The notes beneath the pieces were generated by a model. The model worked only from the letters and a program-made list of their open reading frames with translations. It was not told where the DNA came from and did not search any database. DNA of 60,816 nucleotides, filler included. It is 4 parts of 4 records of this genome, joined end to end, with 100 filler letters (N's around TTAATTAATTAA, not from the genome) between each part and the next. Parts side by side here need not be neighbours in the genome. Positions count along the whole stretch, not along the records: positions 46,058 to 60,816 come from DRR378314_2432; 3 more parts are not named here. One strand, given 5' to 3'. Shown one piece after another: positions 54,067 through 60,816 of the stretch; position 1 is the first letter of the stretch; every line of letters starts with the position of its first letter. The position numbers were made by a program, and so were the translations under genes.

Positions 54067-55188
54067 GTGCAGAATCTTCTTCGTATCGCACCCGGAGCAT
54101 TAACCATCGGGAAGCCCTTGCCCTGGACGGTCTATGACTCCGATGGCAACGTGCTGCTTAGGCAAGGCTACGTCATACAGAACGATATTCAGCTCGAGCA
54201 GCTGTTTGAGCGGGGCATGTTCCAGCCACGGACCATCGAACGCGCTGGCGAGGAGGTTCAGGAAGATACCCGTGTCCGCAATCCATTCGCGGATTACCCC
54301 GTGCTGCTGCAAACACTGGAGTCCACTCTAACCGCCATTACCAACCAGGAGGAGAGTGCGCGCCAGCGCGTGCTGGGGCTGTCGCGGATGATCGATCAGA
54401 TGTGCCAGGAAGCGCCGGAGGCGAGCCTGGCACTGGTGCACCTTTACTCGATCGAGCCCACCATCCATGAACAGATCCTGTTCTACGCCATTCTCTGCCA
54501 ATTTACCGCACGCCGGTTTGGGCTTGATGAAAAACGGACGGCTGTACTGATCGGCGCTGCGCTGACCGCAAACCTGGCCCTGGTGCCCGTAGCGGACAAG
54601 CTCAATGCCTCCAACCGGTTGTTGACCAACGACCAGCGTGCGGTCATCCGAAAACATCCGGAACGCAGCATCCAGGCACTCAAAGACGCCGACATTAGCA
54701 GCCCCCTGCTACTCAAGATCATTGCCCAACATCACGAACAGGCGGACGGATCAGGCTATCCCCACGGACTGAGCGGCACCGAGATTCGCGGAGAGGCGGA
54801 AATCCTGGCATTGGCAGAGCGCTACATTGCGATGATTACGCGGCGCGCCTATCGTGAACGAATGAACATTACCGAGGCTCGCAAACTGATCGCTTCGCTG
54901 GCCGACGGCAAGTTCCGCCCCGCCATTCCCCGGGCCCTGCTGACGCTTCTGACGGACTATCCCCCGGGTACTCTGGTGAGACTGGCCAACAACGAAGTGG
55001 CGGTGATCGTTCGGCGCCCATACCGTCACCGCGGCCCGTTCGCCGCAGCCATCATCGGCCCCAGGGGCAATCGTTACAGCGGCACATTCGAGCGGGACTG
55101 CAGCCAACTGGATTACAACATCGTCGACATTGAACAGCCCGAAATCATGCCTTCCATGGATTTCGGGCTGCTATGGGGTTTCAACTGA
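54067..55188 (+). CDS. HD-GYP-like protein lacking the HD dyad
   Basis: IRKHP, IAQHHEQADGSGYPHGL and YPPGTLVRL are present. The expected LHDIG position reads LTANLAL. Confidence 0.85.
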   Translation: MQNLLRIAPGALTIGKPLPWTVYDSDGNVLLRQGYVIQNDIQLEQLFERGMFQPRTIERAGEEVQEDTRVRNPFADYPVLLQTLESTLTAITNQEESARQRVLGLSRMIDQMCQEAPEASLALVHLYSIEPTIHEQILFYAILCQFTARRFGLDEKRTAVLIGAALTANLALVPVADKLNASNRLLTNDQRAVIRKHPERSIQALKDADISSPLLLKIIAQHHEQADGSGYPHGLSGTEIRGEAEILALAERYIAMITRRAYRERMNITEARKLIASLADGKFRPAIPRALLTLLTDYPPGTLVRLANNEVAVIVRRPYRHRGPFAAAIIGPRGNRYSGTFERDCSQLDYNIVDIEQPEIMPSMDFGLLWGFN

Positions 55189-55197
55189 GGCTCGAAA

Positions 55198-56043
55198 TTA
55201 TCTCAAGCCCAATGCTCTGGCATGATGTTCGAGATGTTCGTCAATAAACGAGGCTATGAAGAAATAGCTGTGGTCATACCCGCGGTGCATCCGCAGGTCG
55301 ATGTGATGATGCGATTTCTCGCAGGCCTCGGCCAGCGCCTCCGGATGCAGCTGGTTCTCAAGGAAATCATCCGCTGTCCCCTGATCCACCAGCAATGGTA
55401 ACCGCTCCCTGGCACTGGGAATCAACAACGTCGCATCCCACTCTTCCCACGCCTTGGGATCATCCCCCAGATAACCGCTAAAGGCCTTCTGCCCCCAGGG
55501 ACACTCGCTGGGATTGGCAACCGGCGCAAAGGCAGAGACGGATTTGTACTGCCCGGGATTTTTCAACGCTGCGATCAGTGCGCCATGCCCCCCCATGGAG
55601 TGACCACTGATGCTGCGGTCCGCTGTCACCGGCAGGTGGCCTTCCACCAATTGCGGTAGTTCCTTCACCACGTAATCGTACATGCGGTAGTGAGGCGCCC
55701 AGGGTTGTCGCGTGGCGTTCAGGTAAAAGCCGGCACCGCTGCCAAAATCGTAACTGTCATGCTCGCCGGGCAAGTCCAGGCCACGGGGGCTGGTATCGGG
55801 GCACACGATGGCCATGCCGAGTTGTGCCGCTTTCTTCTGAGCCCCAGCCTTCTGCATGAAATTCTGGTCGGTACAGGTCAGCCCCGACAACCAGTACAGA
55901 ACCGGTACCTTTTGAGGGTTGCTGCCCACGGCAGCAGGCGGAAGGTACACCGCAAACTCCATATCGCAGTCCAGGGCTGCCGAGTGATGCTGGTAGCGCC
56001 GATGTTCGCCGTCAAAACAGACGTTGGTGGAGAGCAGTTGCAT
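55198..56043 (-). CDS. fghA: S-formylglutathione hydrolase
   Basis: LYWLSGLTC, PDTSPRG, GAGFY, GHSMGGHGA, DQG..D.F, GYDHSYFFI. Confidence 0.95.
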   Translation of the reverse strand: MQLLSTNVCFDGEHRRYQHHSAALDCDMEFAVYLPPAAVGSNPQKVPVLYWLSGLTCTDQNFMQKAGAQKKAAQLGMAIVCPDTSPRGLDLPGEHDSYDFGSGAGFYLNATRQPWAPHYRMYDYVVKELPQLVEGHLPVTADRSISGHSMGGHGALIAALKNPGQYKSVSAFAPVANPSECPWGQKAFSGYLGDDPKAWEEWDATLLIPSARERLPLLVDQGTADDFLENQLHPEALAEACEKSHHHIDLRMHRGYDHSYFFIASFIDEHLEHHARALGLR

Positions 56044-56079
56044 GGGTACCTCTCAGTAGGAACATTCACAGTCTTCTGA

Positions 56080-56499
56080 CTACGCGTATTTTGGTACTTC
56101 GATGCCGTATCCGGCCTTTGCGAACTCCGCCAGGATGGCGGTGCGAGTGACGATGCCGATCAGGCGGTCATGGTCCACCACCGGGTATACCTTCGGCTTT
56201 CCAGCACCCAGGTTCTGAGCCAGATCCACGACGGACATTTCAGGTGATATGGTCACCGGGTTGCGGAACATCACATCGTCCACGATCGGGTCACCCTCGT
56301 GATGGTAATTGCTCACCAGCAGGGCGTGGATACAGTCCTGCTCCGACACAAACCCGATCACCTTGCGGTGGTCATCGACAACCGGCAATCCAGTGACGTG
56401 GTTATGAAGCAGTGTTTTGACCACTTTGGTTAACGGCGTACCACGACGGATGGGCTCGATGTGGTTCCACATAACATCGGATACTCTTAGCGATTGCAT
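56080..56499 (-). CDS. CBS-pair domain protein
   Basis: GLPVVD...GFVSEQD and YPVVD...IGIVTR. Confidence 0.9.
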   Translation of the reverse strand: MQSLRVSDVMWNHIEPIRRGTPLTKVVKTLLHNHVTGLPVVDDHRKVIGFVSEQDCIHALLVSNYHHEGDPIVDDVMFRNPVTISPEMSVVDLAQNLGAGKPKVYPVVDHDRLIGIVTRTAILAEFAKAGYGIEVPKYA

Positions 56500-56617
56500 T
56501 GGCAGACTCCCTGACCAGTCGTATTCTGGATTCGTCCCTCTTTAAACATAGGCAATGGGGGCGAAAACTGGAAGTATAAACCCGGCACCGGCGATCTCTT
56601 TTGCAGGCAAGGGGCTG

Positions 56618-57532
56618 TCAGCTGTGTCCCCGGCTCTGCCACTGCGCCATGGTTTCAAAACCGATGTCTGCAAACCTCGCCAAGAGCGGTTCCGGAAGGT
56701 CGTGGCCCATACCCTTGATCATTTCAACGCGGGCATGGGGCATCAGGTATCCCAACTGCTCTGCGGCCACCGGGCGCACCAGCGGATCAGCCCTGCCATG
56801 GATCACCGCCACCGGCACCCGTATCCGGCGTGTCGCCGATGACAGACTGCCAGTGGCGAGGATGGCCCGGGTCTGCCTGAGAATCCCGGCGGGATGGTAG
56901 CTACGCCGGTATTCCCGCACGATCCGTTCCCGAATGTCCTGTTCCGGGGGCGGGTAGTCCGGGCTCTGGATCGCCTTCCAGAAGTCCAGGGAACGGGCAA
57001 CCACTGACGCCTCGTCGTGCCCCTTTGCACCAATGCCCGCCAGGCGCCAGATCAGCTTCGATTTCGGCATTGGCAGGCGCGGGCTGTTGGTGGAGGTCAT
57101 GATCAGTGTCGCGGAGCGCACGCGTTCGGGGTGATTGGCCGCCACCAACTGACTGATCATGCCCCCCATGGAAACACCCACCAGGTGGGCACTGTCCAGG
57201 CCAAGGGCCTCCATGACACTGCACACATCGTCTGCCATGTCATGCAGGCTGTAGGGTGCGGCAATCGGCAGACCCATCCGGTGCCTTGCCATGACCGCAA
57301 CCGGATGCCCTTCAAGGCGATCCTTCAGGTGTGATGACAGGCCGATATCCCGGTTATCAAACCGTATTACCCGGAAGCCCTCGCGTGCGTACTGGTCCAG
57401 CAATGCCTCTGGCCACAGCGTCATTTGGGCTCCCAGCCCCATGACGAAGATCACCGGCTCGCCGGCGGGGTCGCCACGGGTCTCCACACAGAAGGACAGC
57501 TCACCTGCCTGGACATGGAAACTCTCTGGCAT
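56618..57532 (-). CDS. Alpha/beta-fold hydrolase (esterase-like)
   Basis: MGLGAQ, RFDNRDIGLS, nucleophile elbow GVSMGG, HGRADPL, GMGHDL. Confidence 0.9.
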   Translation of the reverse strand: MPESFHVQAGELSFCVETRGDPAGEPVIFVMGLGAQMTLWPEALLDQYAREGFRVIRFDNRDIGLSSHLKDRLEGHPVAVMARHRMGLPIAAPYSLHDMADDVCSVMEALGLDSAHLVGVSMGGMISQLVAANHPERVRSATLIMTSTNSPRLPMPKSKLIWRLAGIGAKGHDEASVVARSLDFWKAIQSPDYPPPEQDIRERIVREYRRSYHPAGILRQTRAILATGSLSSATRRIRVPVAVIHGRADPLVRPVAAEQLGYLMPHARVEMIKGMGHDLPEPLLARFADIGFETMAQWQSRGHS

Positions 57533-57675
57533 TGAAGGACTCCTGATGTATTTACAGACAGAAATAAGAGTATAAACTCAACGGGTTACACGCTTTTTTT
57601 TCGAGACATGAGGCCGCTCGGCCCCCTGTCTCGTGAGGCGCCTCCAAATAATGGCAGACACACAGGGAGATTCCC

Positions 57676-59037
57676 ATGGAAGCCTTTGAGTCTTTTGTAA
57701 GCAGCATTAACGCACTGGTATGGGGCCCTCCCATGCTGGTGATGATTCTGGGTGTCGGACTGTTCCTGAGCATTGGCCTCAAGCTAATGCCTGTATTGAA
57801 ACTGCGCGCCGGTTTCCGGTTGATGTGGAAAGGCCGCACCGGGGCCGAGTCGGAAGGGGAAATACCACCGTTCCAGGCCCTGATGACCGCGCTGTCCGCC
57901 ACGGTCGGGACCGGTAATATCGCCGGCGTGGCGACGGCGGTGTTCCTGGGCGGTCCCGGGGCACTGTTCTGGATGTGGCTCACTGCACTGGTTGGCATGG
58001 CCACCAAGTACTCGGAAGCAGTGCTGGCCGTGCGGTTCCGGGAAGTGGACGAACGCGGCGCCTACATGGGCGGCCCGATGTACTACATCCGTAATGGCTT
58101 GGGCAAGAAGTGGGCCTGGCTGGGCGTGCTGTTCGCCGTATTCGCGGCGGTAGCTGCTTTCGGCATAGGCAACACCGTGCAGGCCAACTCCGTGGCGGAC
58201 GTCCTTCAGACCAACTTCCTCCTCCCGCACTGGGTAACAGGGCTTATCCTGATGGTCCTGGTCGGCCTGGTACTGATCGGTGGCATCAAACGCATCGGGC
58301 AGGTGGCAAGTGCCCTGGTGCCCTTTATGGCCATCGCCTATGTACTGGTTGGCCTGGTGGTACTGGCCATTAACGCCAACCAGATCCCGAACGCCATCGC
58401 CATGGTGTTTACCCACGCGTTCAGTCCGGTGGCTGCCGAAGGTGGCTTTGCAGGCGCTGCTGTGTGGGCCGCAGTCCGCTTCGGCGTGGCCCGGGGTATT
58501 TTCTCCAACGAAGCGGGCCTGGGCTCTGCACCGATTGCCCATGCGGCCGCACAAACCAAAAACCCGATCAACCAGGGCATGGTGGCCATGCTGGGCACCT
58601 TTATCGACACCATTATTGTGTGCAGCATCACCGGCCTGGTCATCATCAGTTCCGGGGCCTGGACATCCGGAGAAACCGGCGCTTCGCTCACGTCATTAGC
58701 CTTTGAAACCGGTCTGCCAGGATTCGGCAATTACGTGGTCGCCATCTCCCTGGCGGTTTTTGCCTTTACCACGATTATTGGTTGGTCGTTCTATGGGGAA
58801 CGGTGCATCGAGTTCCTGTTTGGCGCAAAAGCCATCGTGCCTTACCGGGTGATCTGGATCTTGGCGATTCCGGTTGGTGCCACCATCAATCTTGGCCTCA
58901 TCTGGCTGGTGGCGGACACGCTCAACGCCATGATGGCGTTGCCAAACCTCGTGGCCCTGCTGTTGCTGAGCCCGGTGGTCTTCAAGCTGACCCGGGAGCA
59001 CTTTGAAAACGAGCGGTCAGTGGGTGTTAATCGATGA
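57676..59037 (+). CDS. Alanine/glycine:cation symporter (AGCS family)
   Basis: TALSATVGTGNIAGVA, GGPGALFWMW, GGPMYYI, RGIFSNEAGLGSAPIAHA. Confidence 0.94.
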   Translation: MEAFESFVSSINALVWGPPMLVMILGVGLFLSIGLKLMPVLKLRAGFRLMWKGRTGAESEGEIPPFQALMTALSATVGTGNIAGVATAVFLGGPGALFWMWLTALVGMATKYSEAVLAVRFREVDERGAYMGGPMYYIRNGLGKKWAWLGVLFAVFAAVAAFGIGNTVQANSVADVLQTNFLLPHWVTGLILMVLVGLVLIGGIKRIGQVASALVPFMAIAYVLVGLVVLAINANQIPNAIAMVFTHAFSPVAAEGGFAGAAVWAAVRFGVARGIFSNEAGLGSAPIAHAAAQTKNPINQGMVAMLGTFIDTIIVCSITGLVIISSGAWTSGETGASLTSLAFETGLPGFGNYVVAISLAVFAFTTIIGWSFYGERCIEFLFGAKAIVPYRVIWILAIPVGATINLGLIWLVADTLNAMMALPNLVALLLLSPVVFKLTREHFENERSVGVNR

Positions 59038-59173
59038 ACCCGGGATGACGGATGGGTCACCTTGGCCACCCTTGGTTTTTCTCTCATCCGTCACCACTGA
59101 TTATCGTATAGACTGAATACAATACCGGCGCTTGATCTGGCCGGGCTTTCGTACCATCAAAGGAGGAAACGCG

Positions 59174-59827
59174 ATGAGTCTACGTCTGGGAGATACCGCA
59201 CCGGATTTTGAGCAGGATTCCAGTGAAGGCAGGATCGACTTTCACCAATGGCTTGGCAACAGCTGGGGCATACTGTTCTCGCATCCTGCGGACTTTACTC
59301 CGGTGTGCACCACTGAACTGGGCCTGACAGCGAAGCTGAAGGACGAATTCGCCAGGCGCGACGTCAAAGCCATCGCCCTGAGCGTGGACCCGGTGGATTC
59401 ACACAAGAAATGGATCAACGACATCAACGAAACCCAGGGCTGCACGGTCAACTTTCCGATAATCGCCGATCATGACCGCAAGGTGTCCAACTTGTACGAC
59501 ATGATCCACCCCAGCGCCAATGAGACGCTGACGGTGAGGTCGCTGTTCGTTATTGATCCGAACAAGAAAATCCGCCTGATGATCACCTATCCGGCCAGCA
59601 CCGGTCGCAACTTCAACGAAGTACTCCGGGTTGTCGACTCACTGCAGATGACCGACATCCACAAGGTGGCGACGCCTGGCAACTGGGAACCCGGCGGCGA
59701 CGTGGTGATTGTGCCGTCCCTGCAAGATGAGGACGAAATCAAGGAACGCTTCCCGAAAGGTTACAAGGCGGTGAAGTCCTACCTGCGGATGACGCCGGAC
59801 CCACGCTCGAACTGGAGTGGCGAGTAA
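59174..59827 (+). CDS. 1-Cys peroxiredoxin (Prx6 subfamily)
   Basis: RBS AGGAGG, FSHPADFTPVCTTE, YPASTGRNF.E.LRV.DSLQ. Confidence 0.94.
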   Translation: MSLRLGDTAPDFEQDSSEGRIDFHQWLGNSWGILFSHPADFTPVCTTELGLTAKLKDEFARRDVKAIALSVDPVDSHKKWINDINETQGCTVNFPIIADHDRKVSNLYDMIHPSANETLTVRSLFVIDPNKKIRLMITYPASTGRNFNEVLRVVDSLQMTDIHKVATPGNWEPGGDVVIVPSLQDEDEIKERFPKGYKAVKSYLRMTPDPRSNWSGE

Positions 59828-59854
59828 GCGTTGACATCACTCTAGCCAGAAACC

Positions 59855-59884
59855 AAAAAGCCGGGCACATGCCCGGCTGTTTTA
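59855..59884. terminator. Bidirectional rho-independent terminator
   Basis: aaaaagccgggc-acat-gcccggct followed by a T-run, between the convergent prx and metQ genes. Confidence 0.8.
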
Positions 59885-59904
59885 TGCGCTACCGTTCTCT
59901 GGCT

Positions 59905-60687
59905 TCAGAACGCCGGAACCACAGCGCCTTCGTACTGCTCTTTGATAAACGCTTTCACCTCATCCGTGGTCAACGCTTCCGCCAGCTTCTGGATGGCCTC
60001 GTCGTTGGCGCGGCTTTCATGGGCCACCAGGATGTTCACGTAGGGTGACTCGGCGCCTTCAATGACCAACGCATCTTCCGTCGGGTTGAGCCCGGCTTCA
60101 AGCGCATAGTTGGTGTTGATCAACGCCAGGTCCACCTGGTTCAGGATACGGGGCAAGGTGGCCGCTTCCAGTTCCTTGAACTCCAGATCTTTCGGGTTGT
60201 CAGCGATATCGCGCGGTGTGGCGGTGATCTTGCTGCCGTCCTTCAGGGTGATCAGCCCGGCTTTTTGCAGCAGGAGCAGGGCACGGCCACCGTTGGTGGG
60301 GTCGTTAGGGATCGCGACTGTGGCGCCGTCTTCAAGGGCTTCCAGGGAGTCAATTCGGCTGGAGTAGGCGCCGAACGGCTCAACGTGAACACCAACGACG
60401 CTGACGAGGTTGGTACCACGGCCATCGTTGAACTCGTCCAGGTACGGCTGGTGCTGGAAGAAGTTGGCATCCATGCGCTTCTGATCAACCTGTACGTTCG
60501 GCTGAACATAATCAGTGAACACTTTCACGTCCAGTTCCACGCCCTGTTCCGCCAGCTTCGGCTTTACGAATTCCAGGATTTCAGCATGTGGTACCGGAGT
60601 GGCCGCCACGGAAAGCTTTTCCGCAAGCGCGGCGGAAGAGAATGTTGCAACGGCAGCCAGGGCTACCAGCGTCTTCTTAAAGTTCAT
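59905..60687 (-). CDS. metQ: MetQ/NlpA-family ABC transporter substrate-binding protein
   Basis: ATPVPHAEIL, FTDYVQPN, DANFFQHQPYL, IPNDPTNGGRAL, INTNYA. An alternative GTG start lies at 60693. Confidence 0.92.
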   Translation of the reverse strand: MNFKKTLVALAAVATFSSAALAEKLSVAATPVPHAEILEFVKPKLAEQGVELDVKVFTDYVQPNVQVDQKRMDANFFQHQPYLDEFNDGRGTNLVSVVGVHVEPFGAYSSRIDSLEALEDGATVAIPNDPTNGGRALLLLQKAGLITLKDGSKITATPRDIADNPKDLEFKELEAATLPRILNQVDLALINTNYALEAGLNPTEDALVIEGAESPYVNILVAHESRANDEAIQKLAEALTTDEVKAFIKEQYEGAVVPAF

Positions 60688-60734
60688 AAGCACGTTCTCC
60701 TGCGGGTATTGTCAATGAATTCTCTAGCCTGGGA

Positions 60735-60816
60735 GTACGGCAGACGGTGGGAGGCAACTTCCGAAAAACGCCCGTAAATACATCCATGTAGGGCTCGGTC
60801 GCGCCATCCATGGCGC
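60735..60816. repeat. Probable palindromic interspersed repeat (REP/MITE-like), cut by the window end
   Basis: Two hairpins share an ATCCAT core: tacatccatgta (60779-60790) and gcgccatccatggcgc (60801-60816). The left boundary is approximate. Confidence 0.45.

Noticed and set aside
57533-57675. Glycine riboswitch upstream of the AGCS transporter
   Set aside because: The conserved aptamer motifs (GGAGA...CCGAAG...CTCTCAGG) are absent.
60688-60816. SAM riboswitch or Met box upstream of metQ
   Set aside because: No recognisable SAM-riboswitch core or tandem AGACGTCT boxes. The region looks like a palindromic repeat.

Overview
This window is not one locus. It is four unrelated contigs joined by 100-nt artificial spacers (N44-TTAATTAATTAA-N44) at 11442-11541, 26446-26545 and 45958-46057. 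Contigs 1 and 2 (1-11441, 11542-26445) are GC-rich, intron-dense eukaryotic DNA, probably from one protist. By hand splicing I recover an OPR/HPR-repeat RAP-domain protein, PRCC, a TMEM145/GPR180-family 7TM protein, Rab4 and a ~2420-aa type I PIP5K. The PIP5K carries an unusual N-terminal region: a degenerate 2H-phosphoesterase-like domain, about five ubiquitin-like domains and two IQ + C4 zinc-ribbon modules. Intron donors in this eukaryote strongly favour C at +4 (GTRCGY). Contig 3 (26546-45957) looks Rhodobacteraceae-like. It has a MoxR/DUF58/BatA-DUF4159/GATase1-like operon converging on an alpha-2-macroglobulin-pbpC-secreted FAH operon, then a hybrid histidine kinase, yaaA and recQ. Contig 4 (46058-60816) looks Marinobacter-like, with transporters, aer, a GGDEF/degenerate HD-GYP pair, fghA, a peroxiredoxin and metQ. 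The best novelty candidates are the multidomain PIP5K and the splice-donor bias. All domain calls and taxonomic guesses come from motif recognition by eye, not database searches.
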